From the NCBI GenBank assembly GCA_047495785.1, contig JBLDXI010000020.1:1426001-1490000 (forward strand): DNA of 64,000 nt. Reading direction: 5' to 3'. This stretch comes from Lepidodermella squamata (lineage: Eukaryota; Animalia; Gastrotricha). The stretch's first letter is position 1. Each line of letters begins with the position of its first letter. Positions 29,587 to 43,494 of the stretch are shown here, piece by piece. Both the position numbers and the translations under genes were made by a program. The notes below the pieces were generated by a model. That model saw only the letters and a program-made list of their open reading frames with translations. It had not been told where the DNA came from and searched no databases.

Positions 29587-30897
29587 CTACTGGGAGCTGC
29601 CGCCGGCGCGTGGGCGCCTCGGAGCCGTGATCTTCGGGAAGTGATTGTCGAATTCCGGGTCGTCTGCGCGAGCTACGGACACGACTTCTTCGCCGTCAAC
29701 GTCGTAACGGACTCGTAGTAGGACCTTCTTTCCTCGTATCACCCGTGCGCGCAGGCCACGTATTTCGTAGTAGTTGGCCTGATTTTCGTCCACGGCCTCT
29801 CGACAGTAAGCTGACAGCTCGCGTTCTGCTTGCCATACGTTGCCGGGCTTGAAGAGCCGAATGCGGAGACCTGGGCGTAAGGCGTCGCGTATTGCTTCGA
29901 TGTTGTCGCGGAGAAAAGCGCCATTAGTTCGGACAAAGACGACGCGGTCCTTTTTTTCCTCCGGGCCGACACGATGACAGGACCAGGATCCGGCCTTTTG
30001 TAGGAGTGGGATAGCCTGGCCAACTACGCCTCGGAGGTTTTCCTTCGCTGATTCAGGCAACCCTGCTAGTACGGCGATGCCCTCGCCTCGTTTGGGGTAG
30101 TGGTCGATTTTTTGTCGCCCAGAACCTGACTGTGAGGGCTGAGCAGGTTTTTTCGATGCCGGTTTCTGGTTGCTAGGAGGTTCTTTCTTCTTTTTCGATG
30201 TGGCTTCCGGGGGATCATCCTTCGAGCTCTTCTTCGCAGGCTGTGCACTGCGTTCTTTCGAACTTTGCTGATGTTTGGCCGTTTTCTGGTTCGCATCGTT
30301 GTTTGGTTTCGACGACCTGCCTGCTTTTCGGGGCTCAGGGGGTTCGGATGAGTGAGTCATCGAAGATTCCTCGACAGTCTGGACGCCGAATGAGCGACGG
30401 CACAGCTTCTCCTGCAGCAGTTGCTCCACCTGCTCTTGGCATTGCCGTGTCAAAGTCGCGGTGTCCGCATAGAAGTGAATGCGGTCGACCTCGGCTTGTG
30501 ATTTGAACTTGCTGATATCGTTCCGCATGACGGCGATATCACCGAGCGCAAATTCTCGGAGGCTGTCGATTGCAATCTGTAGTGACTGCAGCTTGTCGCT
30601 GAGCGCAGCCCTGGCACGACGTTCTTGATCGAGCTCGCGTTCGAGCCGCTGTTCCCATTCAGCGTTTTTTCTCGCCAGTAGGAGCTCGACGGCTTTGACG
30701 ACGGCGACCGGTAGTTCGACGAAGGCGCTTTCCACGCGCGAAAGCCGGCACTCACAAGCTGATAGGTTGTCGCAGCCGTACGAATCCCGATTGTATCGGA
30801 GTTCATCGAACTTGCCGAGGATTGATTCCAGGTCGGGGTCCTCGTAATCGTGCGGCGCGGGCATGTCCCATTCATAACCCACGGTGGGGTTTAACAT
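29587..30897 (-). CDS. LINE ORF1 (coiled-coil, K/S/P-rich linker, basic C-terminal region)
   Basis: 436-aa ATG-initiated ORF upstream of ORF2 with a heptad-like helical segment (EWEQRLERELDQERRARAALSDKLQSLQ). Confidence 0.85.
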   Translation of the reverse strand: MLNPTVGYEWDMPAPHDYEDPDLESILGKFDELRYNRDSYGCDNLSACECRLSRVESAFVELPVAVVKAVELLLARKNAEWEQRLERELDQERRARAALSDKLQSLQIAIDSLREFALGDIAVMRNDISKFKSQAEVDRIHFYADTATLTRQCQEQVEQLLQEKLCRRSFGVQTVEESSMTHSSEPPEPRKAGRSSKPNNDANQKTAKHQQSSKERSAQPAKKSSKDDPPEATSKKKKEPPSNQKPASKKPAQPSQSGSGRQKIDHYPKRGEGIAVLAGLPESAKENLRGVVGQAIPLLQKAGSWSCHRVGPEEKKDRVVFVRTNGAFLRDNIEAIRDALRPGLRIRLFKPGNVWQAERELSAYCREAVDENQANYYEIRGLRARVIRGKKVLLRVRYDVDGEEVVSVARADDPEFDNHFPKITAPRRPRAGGSSQ

Positions 30898-30994
30898 TTT
30901 TAGAGATTAACGCTCTACGAAACAAAAAGTAGACGGCGGGGGACTTCGGCGACGACGTCTCCCGCCTCAGAAAATTTAATATTCAATCGCAGAT

Positions 30995-31333
30995 ATTTCT
31001 TAGATATTCATTATCAGAGAATTATACTGGGAAAATATTCCCTGAAAAGAATGCATGGCCTAAAGGTTGGCTATTATTGGGAGCCACAAGCCCGTGAACT
31101 GTGGTCTGCAGTTTCTTGAAAAAGTTGCGCCTTGAAAAAGTTCAGAAAAGACGTTGCTGGTGTGTGCTTGTGTGCTCTGACATTAACTCGCCAGTAATGA
31201 CGGAGTATTGTGGCTTGGTTAAATTGGTCAACTACCGCTGGACAATTGTTGGTCCACTGAGAAGAACGCAGAACGTAGAACGCAGAAGGCAGAACGCGCA
31301 GAACGCAGAACAAAAAAATAAAAAAACATGCGG
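30995..31333. repeat. Right copy (339 bp) of direct repeat flanking the LINE; includes a GCAGAAC heptamer array
   Basis: Matches 25504-25841; array gaagaac-gcagaac-gtagaac-gcagaag-gcagaac-gc-gcagaac-gcagaac near its 3' end. Confidence 0.95.
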
Positions 31334-31762
31334 TGCATTACTTACTTGTTTCATATAATAGCCGTGTATTTTACAAGATGTAGGCTAATTAATGCCAAAA
31401 TAAATGTAGTCATTATTGTCGCATTTTTAGCGCGCATCCTTGACGTTTTGAAGCGCACGTCATCGCTGATTTCAGCCAGCTCACACCGCGGCAAGCGGCT
31501 GGTAGCCGGCAACACGTTAGGCGCAACTGGTTGCTGGTTGTCGTCTACGTCCCGCCACGATGGCATCAAATGTCCTTGGTATTTAAGTGTGCACCTTGCT
31601 TCACCTGCAATGAGTCCATTCGACTTTGGTTGAATTGGGGATTGCACCACCTGTTTTTCGCTTATTACAGGTCTTGCGAATTGGCCTGAAGATGAATGTA
31701 GATTGAAGTTTAAAGTACATGGATTTATTTACAACCGGCATATATCAGTAGATGAATTGTAA

Positions 31763-34435
<2,673 letters not shown>

Positions 34436-35659
34436 GCACCCCGCGAACGATATGACTGAAAAAACTTGTCGGAAATGACTTACTTTATTATTCCTAGTAA
34501 CGATATATTGGGATTTGTGTAACAGATTGTGAGTATTTATCGTTTATCGCGACGCTATGAATATAAACTACCAAGGTATTTATTCGAAGTTGTGCATGAT
34601 AGCCACTGGACGTGCTATTATTTCCGAGAAAATCGGTAATTTATTGCAAATTATCTTAAACACTGGTGGATTGTAATTATATCTGAAAGCTATGACGCTT
34701 GATAAAGTTTACTGCTGCTGGATGTGTTATCCCTTGTTATTTTTTGTGATTTTCGGCGTTGCGTTCCTAAGGTCAATCCTGTGTGACAACACGAAAAAAG
34801 CTGTCAATGGCAATGTCTGGTGGGTACAAATCGCCTATGCTTCTTTAGGCGCGACGCTAAACGTCGTCGTGCATCATGCTATTATTAATATATGTTGTAT
34901 AATAACATTAATTATTGGAAACAATAAAGAATCTACGAAGGATATTCAAGGCTTTTGTAAGCAAGTACAACAACCTATTAGTAATAATTGGCGGTAGTCT
35001 ATGCCGCGAAACAAAAGTAAGAATCACGGCAATATGTCTAAATGGGTTGACAAAGCACCGGAAATTAGGGTGTCGAAACAACGCAAATCGCCGTCACCTA
35101 GCAGAATAACAAAAAATATTTTTATAACGAATCGAAGCCTCCCTAATGTCAAGTAGTGATACGGCTGTGTCGCGCCGGCAATTCGCAAACAAAAACATAC
35201 GGACTGCGTGTTTTTATCATACAGGTGAGCCGCCGCTGGTGTGGGCCGGGCGCCGTGCTTAGACGCTTGCCCAGCGCATCGATTCACTCATTGATCGCGG
35301 CGACTAAGAGGCCGTGTTTGCCGGCGACACGGCGAACAATGTTACGAATAATTATTATTTGTCACCATGAATTCCTGATAAATATACTAGGTACTATTAC
35401 CGAAGCAATGCATTTAATATTATTATTTTTACACTTTACGACACAGAGTCAGTCATCGCATATTTTGATAAAAATCGGCATTGGTATGTACACTTTGTTA
35501 TTACAAGCCCGGCCTTCGCTCGATCTCCTGCCACGGCACTGCCAGCAGCAGGCGTATATTGGAAGTTTCGGGTATATATTGCGGCTACGTTTTATTTCTT
35601 CGGACAAACATCACACGAAAAAGCGCAGCAAATACACCGCGCGCGAGATTATTGGTGAA

Positions 35660-36427
35660 TAGTAAGTTGGTACCCGCAAATTCGTAACGTGATATTTTCG
35701 TACAAACGAGGTATCTTTTCATATCACTTTCGGTGATCTTTTCGTAACGGATTTTCGTAGCAAAATAAATTTTCCCAAATTAATTTTGTGATCTTTTCAT
35801 AACAAATTAAGACGAAGTGGTGATCATTTCGTAACACTTTAAATTAGTGGTCCTTTCATCACAAGTTAAGACGAAGTCGTGATCTATTCGTAACGCTTAT
35901 AATATTGTTCCCTTCAAACACAGTTAAACAGATGATAGACATTAAGGCAGAGTGTTAGCAGTTATTCATCAGAGATAGTTGTATTATTTAGAGTTAAGCT
36001 CCCCGCTGAGGATGAAGCCGTGTTATCAGCATGATTTTCAGCTACATCTACCCTAGCCTTATCCGAGTGTACACGCCCAACATGTATCTTAAGGCCGCGC
36101 TCATTTTTAAAAACTTGATTGCAAATTGTACAACGCATCTTACGCAAAATCACGATGAATGGGCGCCGAATCAGCGAAACCACGGTTTTAATGGCGAGAA
36201 TATTACATCATATCACGCGTTTGCTTCGAAACGATCACTATTTTGTGTTTTCATTTAGGTCCGGTTACGAAAAGATCACCACTTTCGAATTGAAATTATG
36301 ATAATTTATTTTGTTACGAAAAAGTCACCACTTTTAATATGAAAATGTATTGATACGAACTTACTCTGTGCGATAATATCACGTTATGAATAAACCACTG
36401 TACGAATTTGCGGTTACGAATTTACTA
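35660..36427. mobile_element. Non-autonomous TIR DNA element (~770 bp) with subterminal repeats, TGAA flanks and an internal C2H2-finger ORF
   Basis: Left end tagtaagttggtacccgcaaattcgta matches the reverse complement of the right end, tagtaaattcgtaaccgcaaattcgta. GTGATCWTTTCGTAAC-like units recur on the left and inverted on the right. tgaa flanks both ends. Confidence 0.75.
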
Positions 36428-38407
36428 TGAATCGATTATTTACGAAAAAATTCGACCGCTTCGATATATATATTTATATACATATATATTTCCGAGGCGG
36501 CATCATCGCACTTTTTTAAGGGCCGACTATCTGTCGCCACAACACACCCGTAAGTTCGAAAAAGACCTTCGCCATCCTGTGTATAAATGTTTTTTATTTA
36601 TTTTTCGCTTGAAAATGATCGGCGCCGACAAACGATGGCCCGAGCTGATTATTTAGCCGACAAATCGTCCGCCATTTAGCAAGCCCTCATGAATCGCGTC
36701 GCGCGCGCCGCCGCCAACATCACATGGCATACTCGCTATCAATACACGCGCCCGGTATAAAATGCTATGTAATGCGTGTTCTGCTCTTTTTTCAAATTGA
36801 AATACACCGTAGACACCAATATACCAGGCGACGGGCGCGGAAATTATGCTCGTAATGCTGTCTATAATAAAATAATGTCATGTTCTTGCTGATATCGATG
36901 CGAGTCGCATGTGCGGTGTGCCTTTGCTGTATGCACCCACAGATTGATTAGATTTATTTTTTTTCGGAACAAGCCAACACCCACATTTTTAAAACGCCCG
37001 CCCGATAAATCACAACCCGCGCTCAACATTGCTTGAACAGAAATAATATTAGCGAAAATAGCCAATCGTTTCATCACTCAGCGGCATTATTTGTACAGTA
37101 ATTAGGACCGAAGGTTACCACAACTAGCGGAATCGCCTTTAGGAAGCAAATAGCGCAAGATTTTGTCAGAAATATAACACAGCAATAGGCAGACTCGTTA
37201 AACATCACTCCATTATTATCTCCTTATTAGTTTCAGGAAAGAGGTAAACAAAAAAGCATTGACCTATCTAAGTTGAGGCGGTAATCATGCTTGTCGATGA
37301 CAGGCAGAGCCCAGCCGCTCAGGCTTTTGAGCCACGTCTTAAAGTTGCGCGTTAAATGATACTATTCTTGTCTAGAATCGATTAAATCGAGGCAATCCCG
37401 TAGTAATAAGTATTACAAAACTTTTTCACTTTTTTATGTTGCCATTTATTATCGATGAAGAGAGAGAGCACGCTGGTATTGTGGCGCACCGGTTGATTAT
37501 ATTAATTGACTTTTTTATAGACATCCATCTGTTCGTCGGCGTGACATCGATCTTACAATACATGCGCGCAATTCAAGTTAATTTTTCCGCCTTTATTCTA
37601 GTTTTAGCGTCGCGCAATGACTACAGATACACGCAAAACGGCTTATATGCGTTCGCCTCGACATACGACATAACTTTTTACGATCCGCAACTAAAAGTCG
37701 GCAATCGGCCGCCGGCTTTACAAAATTCTGCAGCTTTTGTTATTACATTATTTATTAGCCCCAATCGCGCTGATTCTTATAGTCAATATACTCTGCTCAT
37801 TTCGTCATTCAAACAAATGCCTGATCTCCCCCCATCAGGCCCCCTAAGACGAGACAAAGCCTTTATATAACTAATGTTTTTGCTGAGAGTACACATTTTA
37901 ATTGCAACAAAATATTAGGTTTCTTATATGTCATAATTGATTTTATACCTTATCGATTGTGCCCGCAAAAAGTGGTCGCTCCCGCAACTGCTGCTCCTGG
38001 AGTCTTTTCGTTTCACGATGTCAAGGTAATTTAGAAATAATAATTGATATTCGAAAGAATTTCCTTGGGCAAGCTTAAATTATTGCTGAGAGATGCTAAT
38101 TTACTTGTGAGTAGAAGCTTAGAAATTTAACAAATTTATTGAGCAAATCAGAAATAGTTTAAATGCTTTAGAAATCGAGTCGTGCATCCTATAACTTGGG
38201 TTTATGTTTTATGTTGTTTCGCCCGAGGTTAGATGGGATTAGGCTTGCTTATCCTATTCACTATATCTAACATGAGATAATAGTTTAATTTAGGACCGAC
38301 TTTCAACCGCATTCACAAAAAGATTAAAAATCGTTCGATTTTATTTAATTTGCTACTGTTGTGCTTTCAGTACCTCTTAGTACCTCTTGTACCTCTGAGG
38401 GCGAGCT

Positions 38408-41400
38408 ATGTTAAGTGGGGACGTCGAAAAGATAGCACATCCTTCGTCATCATCATCAGCAAGGCGATCCAACATCGGCTTCATCGGCGCTAAACGAGGT
38501 TCATCTGACGAAGTCGTGAACCTGCTATCAGCGCCGGCGCTCAGCGATGCGACGGCGGCTGCCGGCGGGCTCAGTATGCGCGTGCAGCCGGGCGCAACGC
38601 ATTTGGCACTCGGCGAATCCAACTCGGTGCCGCTCAATACAATACTGCCCTCGACTTCTGACGCGCAACAAACGCCAGTTACTGCGACTACTTCGCAAAC
38701 TCGCGGACCACCTCGCCCTCAACTTCGAGGAGGCGGGGGCAATCTAGCCGGTGTGCGGCTGTACCGGCAAAGAACCGGCACCCAGAGCGGTAATCAGAAC
38801 GAAGATTCGGGCGCCCGTGAATCATCGGGTCCAAGCTCGTTTCAACAGCGCTCTCATCGCAATCAGTCGGTGTTTTCTATGCGCTCAAGCGCTGGCACAG
38901 CGACCAAAGACCGCGGCTCCTTGCGATATCGGCGCATACAAAACAAAATCTACAACATCCTCGAGAGACCAAAGGACTGTCGCGCTATCACTTACCACGT
39001 TCTTTCGTATGATTGTAATCTTGGGAAATATTTTTAATTTAAATTATACATTTTTCCAGTTTTGCTGTCGTTTTTGCTTGTCTCGTCCTTAGCATCGTTC
39101 AATCGGCTGATGATTCGGTAAATTTTTTAAATAAATTTGCCACATTTATTTTAACATTATTTATTTCATTTAGATAAATTTATTGAACGAGATTTCAATG
39201 AGTGTCGAGTAAGTTCGAAAACTGATAAAAAAAATATTTTAATTTGCGATCATTTTAGGCTGCTGATGCTTCTTTGGTTTACCTCGGAATATGTTCTTCG
39301 AATATGGTCTGCTGGTTGCAGAAGCAAGTACCAATCTTTTGTCGGTCGACTGCGCTTTGCCCGCCGTCCTCTTTGTATTATCGGTACTTAATATTGGGTT
39401 TCGATTATACAGCTGGATCAAACTATTTTTTTCGTGATTTTAGATGCTATTGTGATAGTTGCCAGTGTCATCGTTGTTGTGATGAATGCTAGCTCAAAAA
39501 TATCTCAAGCTGCTACAGCCCTCGTTGAAGACAGCTCAGAACAATCGGCGAGCGGCGGTAACATGGTTCCCGCGCTTCGAGGCCTCCGTTTCTTCCAAAT
39601 AATGGTCGGATTTAATTCAATTACCGAAATTTAAGCTAATCTCCAGGTTTTCCAATGCAGAGAATGATGCGACTCGACCGCCGCGGGTCATCTTGGCGCC
39701 TGCTCTCGTCTGTAATCTGGGCTCATCGCCAAGTAAAAATTGATTCGCGATGAGTTGTTGTCGTATATCTTGTTAATTTATTCATTATTTAGGAGCTCTT
39801 CACTGCAATTTACACCGGCTTCCTTGTCCTAATATTTGCGTCCTTCGCCATGTAAATTTATCATCTACTTATTGTTTACGCTTCGCTATGTTTACTACAT
39901 CCCTAAGGTACGTCGCCGAACGTGAGACCAACGAAAAGCAATTCAAAAGTTATGCTGATGCGCTCTGGTGGGGTGTGGTACGTTTCAGAGCTGTCCAATT
40001 TGTTAACTCAATTGATTTATATGGGTTAATCACAGATCACCCTATGTACCGTTGGTTACGGTGACAAGTGAGTTTCAAGTTCCAATTTTTTTTGTAAATT
40101 AATGACGTTTTTTGTCTATTTTTAGAGTTCCTCAAACTGCTATGGGCAGGGTAAATATTATTACAAAATCAAAAAATCACGCGATTAATTTTGGCGTATG
40201 GCGGCTATAGGTTATAGGGTCGTGTTGTGCGATGATCGGCATCTCGTTTTTCGCCCTCCCTCCCGGCATTCTTGGTTCAGGCCTTGCGTTGAAAGTTCAA
40301 CAACAGGTATCTCAGTGAAATCGGCTGATTATCGATTTTTCGTAAATTTGGAACCTTTTAGCAAAGACAAAAGCACCAAATACGTCGAAGAGTCCCGGCT
40401 GCAATGCTTATTCAAGCGCTTTGGCGTATGGTTGCCACGGAACATGACACTGTTCTGTTTTCGACTTGGCGCTACTACATTGCTCATCAACGCCGCACCA
40501 AGCAACTGCTGTGTAGCGGAGTTCCTGCTCAACTTCCTTGGGCTCCTTCTTCAGTTACCGATCGTCTGCAGTTGGCAGCGTAAGCATAACTTTCGATATG
40601 TCCGATCCGGACCCTTTTTTTGACCTTAGATCGATTTATATTTTAATTCTTTAAATTCGCGCTTATTACCTGAACAAAATATGCGATCAAATGTTTCCAC
40701 TTTTTAGAGGCCGATTGGTCAACGTTAGTCGGCGTAGTTTCCGAGACAAGTCGACTTCATCGAATCCAATGGCTTCAGCGCCTGGTATAACGATGCGGCA
40801 ATATAATATCCCACCATCGCATAGTCCTGAGGCCTCCCCACTTCCAACGCGAGTCCGTTCCCCATCTCAGGGTGAGCAGAAATTGACATGGCTTATCATG
40901 CAAACCAAGTTTCTTTTTATTTATAGATAATTTTGATCAAAGTGTTACTGGGCCGTTGACGGCTGCGCAGTGCAACGTCATCCGCGCCGTTCGCCGAATG
41001 AAATTTCTCGTGTGTCGCCGGAAATTAAGGGAGAGCATGCGCCCATACGACGTCAAAGATGTTATCGAACAATATTCAAGCGGTCATGCGGAAATTTTAT
41101 CGAGACTGCGACACTTGCAATACCGGTCAGTCATGAGTCTGTTTGGTATATTCGGGAAATTGACGCATTCATTTTATAGTATGGACGATATGACCCTAAC
41201 GTTACAACGCAGTGGTGCAGCTGCGGCGTTTCAAAACGTAGCCCGAGAAAACAGCTCGCCACCTACTGCTCAAATTAACCAAACATTGGACTCGCCTCTT
41301 CGCCAAATGACTGCACCCATAGGCCAACCTGACGATAGCGTGCAATGGAAGGTTAGAGAACAATTTAAATAGGTCTTATGTCTGGGAATTTTTGTGGTTA

Positions 41401-41808
41401 AATTTCTAGATGCACCTGCTTGATCGGAAGTTGGACATGGTGTTAGAATACATAGCAGCCACTCAAGCCGGTGCTGGTGCGAAGGCGGTGCCTTTGGAAA
41501 TAAACGCAACAACTACACGCAGCTCGGCACCTGCTGAAGGTGCTCGCTCACGTCCAGGACCTATGTATACCCAATCACTGCCGCAAACGCCAGCTCCCTC
41601 GAAGGCGCATTTGCAGTCTTCGAAACAGGAATCGAGCGCGCCGGCTGGCATCGATGATTCGAGCCTGTCTCAGCAAACCTCGTCTCACTTCACTGCCGCC
41701 GATGGCCGGCCTGTCTCTGCTGCTGCATCTCTGACCACAGCGGGCGATGACGAACATTTGGACGCTGTAGTATCCGAAATCGTCGTTGACAATGAATCTT
41801 CGGTGTAG
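38408..41808 (+). CDS. KCNQ: KCNQ (Kv7) voltage-gated potassium channel; ~16 exons
   Basis: [27 protein letters not shown]4 [38 protein letters not shown] pore, LKVQQQQRQKH, IQ-like helix [17 protein letters not shown]. Confidence 0.95.
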
Positions 41809-42407
41809 AGACGTTTTTATGAAATCGCAGGCCTGCAAAACTTGTTCAGCCAATGAATCAACTGAAAACACTGCTTACAATATATTCGCGTATTGTCGGC
41901 TTTATGTTATAACGTTTCCTCGCGTTTATACTGCGGATTAGCCAATCTAACAGCAAACTGTTTGTTTTCCTTTTTATCAGATCAGTTAAAATTCTTACAC
42001 ATATATTTTGAAACTTTTCTCTGGTGCATAAAAATAACAAGTAATATGAATTTAAATCTCATCCTGTTGGCTTGTATACATATATTTGTAAACAGGTTAT
42101 ATGCGCAGGAGGATTGAGAATATCAAGATCTCGAATAAAGGCGTGGAAATTTTCAACAGCCATTGTACGTGTTTTTGATTTTCTATCGATTTGCGTGCGC
42201 CTTTTGATCGTCTTTTGCGTGACCAGTCGACTAAGACCCTTGGCCTAAATGCCGATTTGTTACAAGTTGCGTGTGCGAGTTACTATTTTCGGAATACCCA
42301 GACGCTGCTTTGCGTGATACAGAACAAAGCAACAAAATGCACAGTCTGCTGCAGAGACTAAACTTTCTTGGACATAACACTACATTTGAAATAGCTCAAC
42401 ATCAGAA

Positions 42408-43237
42408 ATGCTCATTTTTGTTTCTATCCTGCTGTCAATTGCTCATTTTTCAGGTAATATTCCGAGAATTTCTTCAATTATTTTGGCATATTTGTTCCGT
42501 GTTAGAATCAGCAAAAATCACCCTAGGATGCGACCCAATGAACAGCACTTGCCCGCCGTTCGCGACTTGTGTTCCCGCTTGCCATACAAATAACATCGAT
42601 CATATTTGCCGATGCGACGAAAAGAACTTCTTTTTCAAAGATTTGCAGACACTCGACTTCCAATGTTACACAAGTGAGCATTTAATTAATCCCTCCTTAA
42701 ATTCTTTTGAAATTACGATGATTTACAGTGGTGCGAATCGGCGCTTCATGTAATGCGACGCATCGCTGCCCAGGCTTGGAATCAGAATGTGCCAATGGAA
42801 AGTCAGTCGGATTTTTCTAATATTTTGTACGATTTTAGCTTTTCGTGTCTCCTTTCAGATGTGTTTGTCGTCCGCCTTACAGTCCGACAGATAATATGAT
42901 GCGCTGTAAGCCTCAGCCCTTCTTCAAGCCCCAGCCTGTTGAATTCGCTGTACTTGGAGAGTTCTGCAATGAGGTAAACTGCCTTAAATTTTGAGGATTT
43001 AAATAAGCTTTGAGCTTATTTCAGGACACGCCAATATCCCAACTCACAGGCCGCAAGCCCTATCGAATTCATTGCGTAAACCCTGAGGAGATGGAATGCG
43101 TATCTGGAACGTGCCGTTGCCGTCTTGGTTTGCGCCCTGCTTCTATCTCAGAAATGATTCGAAACATCAACTCCGGATTTTACTGCCGACCGGAAAATCT
43201 TCAACTCCTGCGATCAGACCATTTCCGCTACAATTAA
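42408..43237 (+). CDS. Small secreted cysteine-rich protein with ~3 EB/EGF-like modules; 5 exons
   Basis: Hydrophobic signal-like MLIFVSILLSIAHFS, then repeated G-x-x-C...C...C-x4-CxC modules (ECANGKCVCRPPY; ECVSGTCRCRLG) joined by GT-AG introns. Confidence 0.7.
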
Positions 43238-43494
43238 TACTTGAAGCTCAAAATAATTGAAATCGCTCGTGTAATCGCTTTTTACGTTGCTTGTTGTTAA
43301 TCGGCGCTTTTAAGAATTCTCAATGTGGCTATCACGTTTGATAATATTATGATATCAGAAAATAAATTTGCGTTTGCTCTCGTGATTTTTCCACCTTGTA
43401 AAAAAAGGCCTGCGATCTCAAAAATATATCAAACTTTTATTTCTCCTCGACGAAATCTTCACTTAGTGAACATGATTTGACTAGCATTTTTGGT

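Larger units (their letters stand above)
25842..30994 (-). mobile_element. Apparently full-length non-LTR retrotransposon (RTE-X/Proto2-like): short 5'UTR, ORF1, APE-RT ORF2 with C-terminal Cys/His motif, AATAAA and (CATTGG)3 tail
   Basis: APE motifs FLNVQG, LAETH, ILGDFN, SVIDY, TDH. RT motifs NYRPI, QFGF, GVKQGDPLSPLLF, YADD, FKYLG, YGAELWG. C-terminal CLAC...HLLLEC. Plus strand ccaatgccaatgccaatgatttatt at 25842-25866. Clade call is from motif style only. Confidence 0.95.

Noticed and set aside
25504-31333. LTR retrotransposon or Penelope interpretation of the flanking repeats
   Set aside because: The enzyme is APE plus LINE-type RT; no protease, integrase or GIY-YIG is visible, there are no TG..CA ends, and the 3' tail lies inside the repeat.
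34620-35650. ORFs between Sec23 and KCNQ (e.g. 35156-35662)
   Set aside because: No motifs or convincing splice structure; more likely regulatory or repeat-derived DNA.
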